From Takakia lepidozioides (taxonomy: Eukaryota > Plantae > Bryophyta): DNA of 64,000 bases. The notes below the pieces were generated by a model that was given only the letters and a program-made list of their open reading frames with translations, was not told the origin of the DNA and made no database searches. Every line of letters starts with the position of its first letter. Position 1 is the stretch's first letter. Location of the stretch: assembly GCA_030704615.1 (NCBI GenBank), contig CM060731.1:21638001-21702000 (forward strand). Reading direction: 5' to 3'. This document shows, piece by piece, positions 49,347 through 62,273 of this stretch. The translations under genes were made by a program, and so were the position numbers.

Positions 49347-51191
49347 ATGGGTGATTCCTCGTCTACAGCTTATCCACCCCGGGATTCAGAAGAAGATGGG
49401 CGGAAGCGGAAATGGGAGAGGGAGCTCAACAACCGAAAAACTGTGGGTGAGTTTAAGGAATCGATGAGACAATCCCGCCCGGATTTATCCATCAATCCTC
49501 CTGTTCTGTTAGTGATTGGAGCGCAGCATCACGGCAAGTCCTCTTTCAAAAACTCGATTCGCAGACAACCGTAAAATATAGATTAAATATTCCGTGACGT
49601 TAGACTCAAGCGACGGAACAAAGTGACATTGTTCACAATCATCAACTCGCCATCCTTCGATGCCATGGATATATATGAGAGATCAGGAGCGACTGAAAAA
49701 AATATCAAATGAGATCACCGATGGCTCCACGGACATACCTGAGCCCATTGAGGTTGTCTCTGGAGAAGAAGTGGTTTTTGTATTCACCCACATTGTATCC
49801 AATTTTTCTGGTGGGAATTGTAATCAACCCACCGGAAAAACGTTGGTCTTGTGCGCTGGTCACAGTGGATACCTCAGTCGAAATCAAACTTCTGTAGTTT
49901 TGTGGCTTTTGCTGTACATCTGTGCGATCTGATTTGTGTGAATGCAGAGAAACTCAGCAGGTGTAAGTCAAGGGGCAAGGTCTGAAACGCAACAGGTCAA
50001 GATCTCAAAGGATCAATTACCACCTTTTGTGCATGTGTTCTATGTAGTTTTACCTTGCTTTTAATGTCTGTCACAATGAATGTGATATTGAAAAGACTGA
50101 GCTACTTCCTAGCAGATGATAACCAATCAGCTGAGAAAGACGACTTCGGCAGAAGTTGAAGGAAGTTGAAGGTGTTTGTAATCCAATTATTACAAAAGTG
50201 TACCAGACAGCTGGGGGTTCTGCTCGTGATGGAGATAGCGAGGATGATGAGGAGCATGAGGAGTTGTACGCTTCATCAATGCACCATAGGAGAGACAGGT
50301 AGATGAGACAAGAAGTTAAAAGTAGCAATATAAACTGCTCTATGGTTTGAAAAGTGAAGAGGGTGAAGATGGGGCAGGCCGTGGCCAAAGAGCTGAACCA
50401 GACTGCGTTCTCTGCATAGTTTTGAGCGCAGTTCAGGCAGACAGATACAAGAACCAGGGCGTTCAGCTCGCAAACTTGCGAACAATTAATTCTGCGAAAG
50501 AAGGGTGAGTTTGCAGATCTGTACTTGACTAATTTCAATTCTGATGTCCAGGTTTGTGCATAGTATGTTCGGCTAGCGTAACATACCTCCAACTGAGAGT
50601 CTTAAGTTACTGTTTCGCCAGAGCAATGAGAATTCATTTTGAAGCCTGGCTTAATTGTCAAGTTCTGGTTTGAAGTCTTAACATGTGATCAAGTTTCCCA
50701 TGTGGTCCTCCCGGGGCATAGATCGTGTATCGAGAGGGTTCGACTTAACAAAGTCTGCACTTAGAACTGAAAACGTCAGATGTGGCCAAGAAATTGTTTT
50801 ACCTCATTGTAGATCTATAGATCGTCAGTGAGAGTGGAAACGACTAGTCAGCTCGCCTTTTATCCTTGCTTACGACGTGCAAGTGCTTGCAGCTTCATTA
50901 TAAATTGTATCTCGGTTGTGATCTGCAGGCATGCCATTCGTGATTGTGATCACGAATAAAGACAAGGTGAGCGGAGAGGAATTGAAAGCGTCGTTGAGCG
51001 AACCCCGGGGAAATGGCAGTACAGACTCTGTAAACTGCTTAGCTAACTATGTGCAATCGCCCTTTTTTTGGAGACGACCTCAAAGTGAACATAAGCGCAG
51101 ACCGGGAGATATTATACATCATGAAACAGGCCCACGAGTATGCCAAAATGGTCATGCTCCAGACAGAGATCGAGTAAGAGAAATGAAATGA
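49347..51191 (+). pseudogene. P-loop GTPase-like gene (IFI44-like), apparently disrupted
   Basis: Walker A LLVIGAQHHGKSSFKNSI; a later exon after a cag acceptor at 50926-50928 reads MPFVIVITNKDKV (G4-like NKxD); the reading frames between them are broken. Confidence 0.6.
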
Positions 51192-51439
51192 AATGGTGCT
51201 TTATAACGTCCGTTATAGAGTAAGCATTGCGTTAGCATATGGGTCATCTCCAAGCATAGGAAATCCAGTGGTCAAAGTGATATCCGCCCTATCTCAACTG
51301 GCTCTGGATCTGAGCTGGATCTCGGACTCCGATCCGTAACCCCCCTTTCCAAAAGTAAAAAATTAATAAAAGTATATTTCTGCCTAAAAAGTAACGCTAT
51401 AAAAAGAAAGACAAAAAGTAGAGTCTAAACTTTTAGGGT

Positions 51440-51705
51440 CGGACTATATAAGCGCGCTTCACTTGCGTTCTTCAAGTGTTACTTGCGTACTCTTACATAC
51501 TCTGATCCACTTGCTAGACTGTCTGATCTTCACATGCGTAATCTAGACTGTGCGTACTCTCATAGATTCTCTGATGTTCACTTTCTTACTCTTATAAGCT
51601 GTCTGATCTTCACTTTCGTACTCCTATAGACTGTCTGATCTTCACTTGCGTACTCTTATAGACTGTTTGATCTTCACTTGCGTCAAGACAGTCAGATTTT
51701 CACCG
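51440..51705 (+). promoter_or_regulatory. TATA box followed by about 30-33-bp tandem repeats upstream of the SAUR coding region
   Basis: GGACTATATAAG at about 51441-51452; the unit GACTGTCTGATCTTCACTTGCGTACTCTTATA recurs about 6 times; same arrangement at 23333-23535. Confidence 0.5.
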
Positions 51706-51718
51706 GTTGCTCCACACT

Positions 51719-52196
51719 ATGGGCATCCTGTTTGGTGCCAAGGGGCTGTTCTCGGGCTGTTTCACCACTGTTTCAGACCCACCGGGGGTCAACTCTATGA
51801 AGCAGCGAAGCCTTATAAAATGTGACAAAATCTCATGTCTCCCACCCACCAGGGGTGCCAAGGGGCTGCGTCACCTCTGTTTCCCACCCACCGGGGGTGA
51901 GCTCTATCATTAAATCTGTGATAAAATCTCATGTTTCTCACCCACCGGGGTTGCCAAAGGGCTGCGTGGCCGTCTACGTGGGCACATAGAGGCGCCGGTT
52001 TGTGATCCCAATTGGTCTCCTCAGGCATAAACTAATTGGTGAGTTGCTTGCCAAGACCGAGGAAGAATATGGATACGAGAACGAGGGGCCCTGTGTGCGC
52101 ATCTCTTGCGACCCTAATCTCTTTGAGCAATTCTTGCACGGCAAATTAGAATCTCTTACATGCAGAGAGCCTTCCTTAACGTTGGTCCCAGTGTGA
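51719..52196 (+). pseudogene. SAUR: SAUR (small auxin-up RNA) family gene with in-frame TAG at 51987-51989
   Basis: LPKGCVAVYVGT*RRRFVIPIGLLRHKLIGELLAKTEEEYGYENEGPCVRISCD matches the SAUR domain (VPKG..AVYVG..RRRFVIP...L.H..F..LL..AEEEYG). Confidence 0.88.
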
Positions 52197-53059
52197 GGTC
52201 CCAGACTCGCGAACTAATAGAGACTCGAGCGATTAAAATACGGTGGAGCCCTACAAGAAGATTGCTGCAGCACTTTGAGGACTTCTGTGTGACACTAGCA
52301 TTGTACCAACTTGAGCAGCAATTGTTTGAAATTATAGACAATTGCACTGCCAAAGACTTTCTGAATGACAGCTTCTGGCAAATTTCGAGTTAGTTTTCTG
52401 ATAGTTCTCTGAGGCTTCAGTCTAGGTGCGTGCTCCTGCTACTTTAGGATGAGAAAAAGTTCTACTTGACTATCGATTTAGTCAAATGACCAAAGACTTT
52501 GGCCTATGTACCTGCATTGCAGCGAAAGGAACATAACAGCAAATTTCTAATCTACAATTTCTAGCACTTGATTACATGTCCATCAACTATGCACACTGAG
52601 AGGGTTAGTATTGCGTTAGCACATGTGGTCATCTCTTACCAAGAGGAACCCCTCTGTATGTTACACCCATTTGTACAGTCACCCAACTTGGGTCTTCTTA
52701 TAAAGCTAAGGAGGTTTCTTCCTCTGTATGTTCGTCTTTAGAATCCCTCCTTGTGATTTCTGTTTCACATCTCCAGCTATAAAATCAAGTGATATACATA
52801 AAACAACTCCTGGAAATCTAATTGTAGCAAAGCATCTTGAGTAACACTATCGAGAGTAACACTTTCGAGAGTCGATATGAACAGATTCATTTAAATTCCT
52901 TACATAAGGCCAGGCTTCTCATGATCTCATCACATGACTAGTACTGGCGTCTCTCATGGATAGATGATTTCTGCATACAGTCTGCATACAGTCCACCTTT
53001 CTACTTTCAAACTCAGATGGTATCTCCAGCCTAACATGAAATCAACCACACCTTCGCTG

Positions 53060-53152
53060 ATTTGTGATCCCAGTTATTATCCCGAGCATAAACCGTTTGG
53101 TGAGTTCCTTGCAAAGACCCAGGAAGAATATGGATACGAGAGTGAGGGGGGT
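53060..53152 (+). pseudogene. Second SAUR fragment
   Basis: HKPFGEFLAKTQEEYGYESEG, near-identical to 52025-52088. Confidence 0.75.
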
Positions 53153-53461
53153 ATGTTCAAAGCACTAATATTCACAGTGACAAAACCATGTTTCCTAGAC
53201 TGCAGAAGGGTTTTTTTTTTTTCCTCCAGTACAACGGCGAAGGGATTATAGTAATTCCACAGCACTCGCAGCAAACCTACCTATCACTCATTCTCAGAAG
53301 AACCACAGCACAATATACAAATGAATTACCGCAACACGTGAGTCCAATATTAAGATTTTTGATGCTATAGGATACTTCAGTAGGGACCCTGCAGGAGGTT
53401 GTGTTGCACTGACAATATCTATAGCTACTGACAATCCACTAGGATAGGCCTTAAATGTCTA

Positions 53462-56400
53462 TCACTCGGCAGTCAAGAGTGGGGCTTGCTGTGACTTGCT
53501 GTCATGCTGCTCTCCAGGTAAAATTGCCTCCAAACTTGCTTGCCTATCTCTAGGTAGAAAGATTGCCCCTTTGCACACAGTCAAACATCCACACAACAAC
53601 ATCCATCAGAACAAACAACAAGATACATGTTAACTATGCATGAGATTGGAGTGCACAAAGCACCCTTCTCCTGACCACAAGTTCTGCCTAGAGTACCACG
53701 TTTAGATCCTAACATGGTCACCACCAAGAAGATATTCCTTCTCTTTGGTTTGTGCATGATGACAGCAAGATGCCTGCCCAAAGTTTGAGTCTTGTGAGTC
53801 AGGATGAGGAACAGACGTGCATCATGGAAGGCATTGGATACTGCTGCATATGAGACAGGTCAAATTATATGCAAACCTAACAAGAAAGAAAGAAGGAAAG
53901 ATTTTATATTTGCCATGGGAGGCTCAAAGGGACACAAGTGGAACAACAAAGAACCACACAGAGAGAGATTGTACTAATGAGAAGTTCTGTAGCATTGTGG
54001 CCATAGACCCACCACCCAGTTTGGGCGGAACAAGAGGGAATAGACGCTACTGTGTGAGCGGCTCATTCCAGTAGTAGACCTACCGGGGTATAAACAGCTA
54101 GTTTGGGCTTTCCAAATTTCCTCTAGAAAGCCCTTCAAACAAGCATCGATCTTCAGTGTGTGAGCTTCCCAGAAATTAGACTGCAACAGGGCGAGGGTTT
54201 TAGGCTCAGCCTCAGATTTTGGAAGTTGGTGAACAGAGATGTAGGGACTATGTCCTGAAGAGGGTAACTCTCTAATGCAAATACCCCGACATCGTAGGAA
54301 TGGAGCAGAGGGATCTCTTCACTGCCCCATGAGAGAATGTACTCATAAGACTTTGTTTTCCGTAGCCTTGTGGCCATAGAACCCGCGCCCAGTTTGGAAC
54401 GAAACATAGGGAAGAGGCACTAACTTTGTGAGGGGCTCACCAGTAGTGTGACTCACCGTGATATGAACAGTTAGTTCAGGCTTTCCAGATATCCTCTAGA
54501 AAGCCCTTCACACAAGCATCGATCTGCTGTGTGTGAGCAGCCCAAAAGTTACACACCAACAGGGCCAGGGCTTCAGGCTCAGCCTCAAGAATTTGAAAGT
54601 TGGTGAATGTTCTTGATGTTCCTGACGAGGGTCACTCTCTGGTGAGAATACCCCAGACAATGTATCAGAAAATGGCTATTGCCCGCACATTGGGCAATTA
54701 GAATCTCCTTTTCCTCTCTGCATCTGTTTCTTGTTCAAAGGTAGGCTGTCAGCCCTGAGTTTAAATTTCAGTCTAGTGCCAAGGTAGGTAGGCCCTTCAG
54801 ATCATCCTTATGAGATCATCCCCATGAAAGAATGCACTCATAAGACGTTGTTTGCCGTAGCCTTGTGGCTATTGACCCCGTGCCCAGTTTGAGCGGAACA
54901 CAAAGAGACAGAAACTACCTTTGTCAGGGACTGACGCTGGTAGTATGAATGACCTTGACACAGGCAATTGATCCAAGTTTCCTCTAGAAATCCCTTTACA
55001 CAAGCATCAATCTGCTGTGTGTGATTTGCCCAATAAATAGGCCCCCAAAAAGTGCAGAGATTTTGGCTCCGCCTCGAGATTTTCAAAGTTGGTAAACAGA
55101 GGTACAGGCACAAATCCCTTGACGGATTTGAAGAGATCATCACCATGAGAGAGAGAGAGAGAGAGAGAAAGAGAAAGAGAAAGAGAAAGAGATATCTAAC
55201 ATGGCCATGGATATGGGACATGGCAGAAGAGCGTCCAGACAAAGAAAGAGATAGAAAAGAGAGACAGATAGGAGGTACCAGCTGCCCAAATTGCTGCGGC
55301 GAGGAAAAATATGGAGGTGAGAATGAGAGCAGTCAGGCGCCAATCTTGTAGCCAGTCCTGCAGAGTCCAACTCTCCAATCAGATTTGATGTTGACTACTT
55401 CACATTTTGAATGTTACAAGAAAGGCTGAGATGGCTTAATCTACTCGCATGTAGTTAGTTTGAAAATAGTTCTGCTACCACCATGACTACATGAAATATC
55501 ACAGCAGTGGCCATAAGAAAATTAACTGCACTCGGAAGATTTGAAAACAGCTGAACCCATCTACAACAACTGGCTAGAAAACAAAGGGAATATGGGCGCC
55601 CAGAGGTAACATCCACCTGAACAGCACCAACAATGGGAGATGAGGGAACATCTCCAAACACATGAATGAACACTGTCGACATGGCCATAGCTAAGGGTCT
55701 CAAAAGTGGAGTCACACATCGCAATGATACAAAATTCACAGGTCCCTGCAGACCACCACATCCCAACACCATATATTAAATTCCTCCCCTTCCGACACCC
55801 TCCACCAGTAGCAGCCATACTAGTACAGCAAGTATAGCACCTAGTTATAAGTCCAAATAATTTTAGTTAAAAAACATACAACTCTACAGTGTTCAACTAG
55901 ATACACTTATGACATAACCATATCCAATGTCTTTACTGCGATATAAGCTTCCATAAAGCGACCGGGCATCAACCACTTCTCAAGGGCATAAGCATTCCAC
56001 TGTGAAGCCAGGGATGAGATACCCACCTGAGTAGCAAAAATGAAGAACTCCCCCACAGCAAACAGAGGAATAAAGACTCGCAGGGTCCTTGACATGAATG
56101 CAAGTAGGCAGCCTACTGCACCCAAAAATGTGGCTACTGCAAGCAGCTATCCCCCAGCACCCCCACTTTTATAAGCCATTGAATATTCCAGATTATTCCT
56201 GTTACTTAGAGACTTAATGCTGCACTGGCATAACAAACCATAACCCCTAACCTTTCAAGCAAAGGGGTGGTGGGCAATAGTACTGGTTGCCCTCCGAGGC
56301 ATGGATCCACACACACAAATCAACACAGCCAGACAGACTCTGGGCAGCAGTTGCCAGAGTTGAATTCAGCAGTGTCCTACGTGGTGTAGCTGGACCGCTT

Positions 56401-59400
56401 CCTTATGTACTGCACCTGGAAGGCTGCTGGTTGCTAAGGAACATGTGAACAGCTTCTAGCTTTGCTGCAGGGCCAGAGCCTGTGACGCCCAGTGGTGTAT
56501 TCCTTTTCACATTTAGTGTATGAGGGCTTGTTTCAGGTTGTGGATGAAAGCTCATAAAATCGAGCTAGAGATCTTCGGATCACAATCACAGATTTTGTCA
56601 AGTCAGACAGCATTTCACAAAACCAGCTGAGTGACTCAATAGAGAGTGGTGGCAAACCTTGAAGGCATTTTTGACAGTGGAGCCAATGTAGTCCAGAACA
56701 ATGCCCCCAAATACCGTACCCAAGATGCCAGACATTATTGTTACTGCTCCAAACACCAAGTCTGCATTATCCTAGTCATTTGCACATTTTGTCACATTAA
56801 AGATCCACTTGTTTCTCAATCAACTACAAACAAAGCCGTTCACCATATGTTGTCCTTGAATACTAGACATGAATCTGATCACTTACATCTGCCCTCTATG
56901 TGACGGAAGCCCATGGAGGGGTCTGAAGGGTTATTTATCCTTCAGAAGATTGAAGCAAGACAACTTTCTCAATGACTAAAATATGCCCATCTATTTTACT
57001 GCCTTCCCACATGACACAAGAAACATACCATGTGATAGATGGCTTGACCTGCCTTTGGACCCCAATAAGAGTAAGCACCCAACACAAAGTTGAATGTTAT
57101 ATACCCTGCAGGGAACACAACCAAACTTCCATCTTAATGTTTATTCTCTCACCACCACCACAATTGATTCGTAGTTGCAAACTATGAGACCACATATTTC
57201 CATCCTTAAATCCTTTTTCCAAACTCACACACAAGGTGCAGATCTAGTTCCAGATAACAGCACCACACAAACATGTCACAGGGGGTACATTACCCAGAAC
57301 ATTGATGCCATACACTCTATCGGATAGTAGCACCTTACAGTCACCCAACAAACCCTTCAATTGTGTTCCAACTCCATGAAAAAGTCCAACCCTGCATTTT
57401 CCACTAGTGTACCACATCGTCAAAAGAGCTGCTAACTTTTTGTGAAGTGATAACTGTGTCAGTTATACTCTGAGTAGGATGGCTCTCAACATCTTCCCAA
57501 AGCCAATGTTCAAGAATGGAGAAACAAGGGTACTGCACATCCAAGGGTAAAAAGAACTTCCCACCTGACATGCACACACATTGCAGTTAGTGCCACTGAG
57601 CCCAACAGCTCTGCCTGCTCATATGACCAATGCACACTCACATAAGCCTACCAGTATCCTACACATTTAAACATGACCCAGCTGCTACATCAAACTTAAA
57701 ACCGAAACTTTGTGACAAACCACATCAGCTTTCGGTTTACGTACTCATTGTGCTTCTTTGCTAGCTCGGGTGCAACCCTTTGCTCGAGATCCCGTCCTCC
57801 CTCTTCTGCCAGATGCAAATTTGTGTGGTGTAAAACAGACAAGAAAGAAAGGAAAAAAGAATCTTATTTATGTCCACGGGAAGCCCAAAGGGCTCAAGGG
57901 ACACAGGACAGTGCAAAACAATAAATACTGAAGACCGAAGGAGGAGTTGTTAAAAAAGGGAGCCAAAGAAAAGAGAAAAAAAAGAATAAGAATCTTCACC
58001 CATATCCTCGGCCATACAAGGCAGACTGCCATCTCTTTCTACTTAAAGAAAAATACACATTTGGACTCCCCACTAAAACCTCTAGGGAAGAAGGCCACGA
58101 GACCAGAGCCAGGACTACCTTCAGAATTTAAGGCTGACGAGCCCCCATCCAAATTCTGTGTCAATCTACTGTTGGTCATGCTCCCTGTCACATCCTCCAT
58201 AAACAGCACTCAAAACCATGGCAGTAACCTAGTGGAAAAAAATACCAAGAGTTTAATAAGAATCTCAAAGCTCGCACTCACTCCTACATCCAAGTCATCA
58301 CCTAGCTCAACAAGGATGGGTCCTGGAGCAAGCAACTCACCCAGACTAGATAGAGGCTAAAATACATGAAATATTATGAAGTACCTTTAAGATGCATTGG
58401 ACTGGAAACAAAGCCAAAAATTGCAAAAGGAAGCATGAGTAAACTCTCAATCCAGAAAGCAGCTCGCCAGCTCCACCATCCTCCTATCTGCGGATGGCCA
58501 AAAACAGTCTTACGTGCCCCATTGTGCTGAGAAGGGTGAGAGACACACACATATAACAACCAAACTCCTAATGATCACCAGCTGACATCACCACTAGAGA
58601 GGAGAAAGTGGTGCCGCTGTAGACTCCATAAGACAAAAAAAATAACAACTGAGGTGAGGTTTCAAGTTAAGACACTGAAAATGCATATACATCAAGCTTT
58701 ACCCTCTAGAGACTGACCTTGAGAGCACAGAGAGAACAAGTCTTTCCACATACACTTCAATTCTCTCCCTGAGTAGAGATGCAAACAGCCTAGACAGGAC
58801 GTGAGATGGAGCAGTGAGATACACACCAGGCCTCCAAAGACGTAGCCCAGGGCAGTCCCAACTGGTATGCACATGTAGAAGATGGATAGCCATGCGGAAC
58901 TCTGCAATCAGAACATTCACTATTGCTTGAGCATACTGAAACATGCAATCATACTAGTAGGCAGTGCCCTATCACGCACCTTTACAAATCAGAATACAGT
59001 AAAATCCAATTAGTCCATGGAGATGATTCGAGTATATCAGAGCCCTTGTCCTCAAACAAAACATGCACCTGTTCAGGAGGAGCGACGTCATCGATAAAAG
59101 GAGCAGCCAAGCTGATGAAGGATGCCTCTCCTACACCTACCAACCTGTGACACCCTTCTTACAACTTTATTTACCAGACTTCAAGTGAAACACCCACTGT
59201 AATTGTATTCTAGCGGTCATCAGCTGTCTATTTTCAAACATCAAAGGCATCAAGGCCATGAGGCAGTGAGAGATGATTGAGACATGCCTTTTCAATAAAG
59301 TGGCAGGGGGATGCTCATTGTCAGCAGGCTGAGCTTAGATCGCCCAGACTACAGATAAAGAAAAGGCAACGATTTATACTTAGCAATAGATGAGGCGAAA

Positions 59401-60957
59401 AGTGTTATAGCTTACATGCGAAAGCAAGTAATGGACCAGAATCCTATTGAGAAGCCACAACCTGCTGTTGCAAATGTCCAGACAGACAGCCCGACGCCGA
59501 TTAGTCGGAAAGGATTATACCTGCACCAACACGTTGTGAACATGAAAACTTCCAGCTGCCCAAAAATTTTCTCATTTAGAACTTCAACCTAGGCTGTCCT
59601 CCACACCCTACCAGTAAATATGCTAGAACAGCACAAACTACATCCCCCTCTATGTTTAATCTCAGTCCACACTTTACAGACTCTCAAGCCATATCCAGGC
59701 AAATTGTTATACATTAAGCTCTTCTTTCTTTCTTCCTTCGTTATAGTGATTCAACAGAAAAATGACTCGCTACATTTTGGCATAAGGCACGCTTCTAGGG
59801 TTCACCAACAGAGAAAGCTCGTCTGTCAGCCCAAACTATCCCAAGACAGCTGCGACCAACGCTGGCAGCAATTGTGGCCTATGGCCACCTATCTAACTAT
59901 CTGCTAGTGGAGGAATGTGTACACCAAATTTGTGATCTGTGCTCCTCAACTGACTTTCACACAACATCAGACAATTCCTCTTGATAGTCTGACCCCACCA
60001 TAGTTCATATCCAGATCAAAGTAATTAGTAATCAAAATAATCTGCTGTGCAAGGCACAACCTAGCACTAGGTCCAAATTCAAGGCCTGGCATTGGCAATC
60101 AGTGTAGCCAAATGTGCGAGATGAATATTTACAGCATGTCCAAGCTCAAGGCTAGATTCCGAACTCACCGTTTCGAAAGGTCGGCAAAGATTGGAGACGC
60201 CACCAACAGCCCAACCATAAATGCAGACGACAAAACTCCATCTTGAAAATAGGTCAACTCAAATTCGCCCCTGTCAAAATTCCCAAGAAATTCGGGAGAA
60301 ATGTCTCGAAGGAGCGTTCAAATGAGTAAATTGGATACCATCTGTCTTGCTGAGCTCCTCGTACAAGCAGCTCAGCCTACCCCTAAACCTTACTGGTCAG
60401 CCATTTGAAAATGCATTCCGCTTTTATCTACTCCCAAGACTGTCCAGTGAAACAAGCGCTCAAAGTAGCACATTGGATACACTTCATTGTGCTGAGCTTC
60501 TCTTATAGGCACCTCAGTCTTCAATCCCTAGACCTAATTGGTCACGTTCCTATTTCCTCCACTCCCATGAACAAGCTAAAGATTGTTTCTGTCAGACCGA
60601 CCGCACATTTAAAGCACACGGATATTTAAAAGTTTCAGATTACAGAAAGGAACTTGACACTGAAGAAAGCTAACAAGGCATGGCATAATATAACTTCCGA
60701 AACGCGGAAAAATGATGAGGAGTGCAGAACAAAGAGATTCCAAGTTTAGGTCGCGAAAGAATCGCATACTGAATTCCAGAGCCATGGCTGCAGGCCTCCT
60801 TTTCCAGACAACTGGAGTCTCCAGGGGCACCATTGACACCATTGCTCGCTATGGCTCCCCGATCCACATAATTCAGCAAATTGATCACACAAAAGAGAAA
60901 GAGCAGCCTCCGATTAGCTCCTGGAGTACTGCCATGATCTTCAGGTACATTAGCCAT
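53462..60957 (-). CDS. Spinster-type MFS transporter (plant sphingolipid transporter spinster homolog), at least 12 exons; exons below 55280 are tentative
   Basis: Exons read INLLNYVDRGAIASNGVNG (60957-60770), QDGVLSSAFMVGLLVASPIFA (60270-60169), NPFRLIGVGLSVW, LVGVGEASFISLAAPFIDD, WLSIFYMCIPVGTALGY, WRAAFWIES, GYITFNFVLGAYSYWGPKAG, GEFFIFATQ, RPLAMAMSTVFIHVFGDVPS and DWRLTALILT. Confidence 0.92.
53975..55110 (-). mobile_element. Three head-to-tail 5-prime-truncated LINE 3-prime ends
   Basis: The longest copy reads LKGPTYLGTRLKFKLRADSLPLNK...CPMCG...HFLIHCLGYSHQR...QIDACVKGFLEDIWKA, the C-terminal CCHC region of a LINE ORF2. Units at about 53975-54290, 54335-54830 and 54835-55110. Confidence 0.72.
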
Positions 60958-62273
60958 GTGCACACGAATTGATGCAGCGTCCAAACCGCAACACCTCCAG
61001 TCACCCTCGCATGCTTCCAGTGTCAACGGAAACGAAGTAGTGCTAAACCTAGTTGGGGTAATTTTTTGAATATATCATAATAAACAGGTCAAAATAAACT
61101 GATGAAATTAGAATGAGATCAAAAAATATATTTAAAAAAGGAGCTCGTAGAGCACTGAGACACTGCGGTTTAAAAGAGTGGAAGGTGCCAAGAAAGTGGC
61201 AATGAAGTAGCGTGGTGGCTGGTGCATTGAATGTTAGTTTCGACGTCTGGAGTTGAAATCTCAAATGGCCCGCATGTCTTCGGACTTCTGTTGCACACAC
61301 TTTCTCTGTACTCTGCTGATCTGCAGAATAGAGTCTCTCTCTCTCCGAATTTCTCAATAATTTCTTGTTCCTCTTCTCCCTCTCGAAAGAGCTCGAGTAC
61401 GCAGTACATCATTGGGATGTTGGGTATGATCTCAGGGCTTGTCAACTTAATACGAAGTAGGTGAGTATACTCAACTTCATTCATACGCGGAGGGGGCACA
61501 TGGCGTGCACGAGTTGTTGCGTTCAAGCTGCAAGGCGCCTTAGAGACATTCTTTGAAGGTATGATAAGCTATAAACCTTATTCTTCTCAATCCGGGGAAT
61601 CGACTTCTGGTCATAGGAGGCAGACATTTGTGTCACCTAAATATTCCATTCTTTTTAGACTCCTTGGAAAGCGTTTGGGGTCTGTGGGAGTGGCCAACCT
61701 AGTTAGACTTCGACTTATCATCGGTAATCATGAGGTATAGAGAAGGAGCTCCTCGTTCCTCGCTCTCCAAAACAACCGTGTGAGAGAAACCCACATGGTC
61801 TATGGGACACAGAGGAACAACAAGATAGACTCTAAGAGAGTATTGAACCCCAAACATCTCTCGGAGACGGAGATCCTCATGCCGGTCAGCTTATCTAAAA
61901 AGATACTATCAGCAGATACTATCAGCATTCAAAGTGCTCTTGTGATGACTCCTCGATAGACTTCTCTAGATCGGCATGTTTGTGCATGTTTGTCTGCATC
62001 GGACAGGCCAGTGATACCTCGAATTGTCGAGTCTGGTGGAATCATTGTTTGAATCTGCTTTCAGAATTCATGTGTACTGTTAGAAACAGGGTCAAAAAGT
62101 CCCCAAGCATTCGTTCCATCTTGACAGAAATGTGAACATTGCAGATCTCGAACTACAAAGTTGGGTCAACATCAAGTTGTGGGAAGGACTTCAATATGGT
62201 TGCATGACTCTTTTATCACAACCTTGTTAGCTCTTGGGAGCTGTATGTGAGTGGCCTATACAACCAAGGGATT

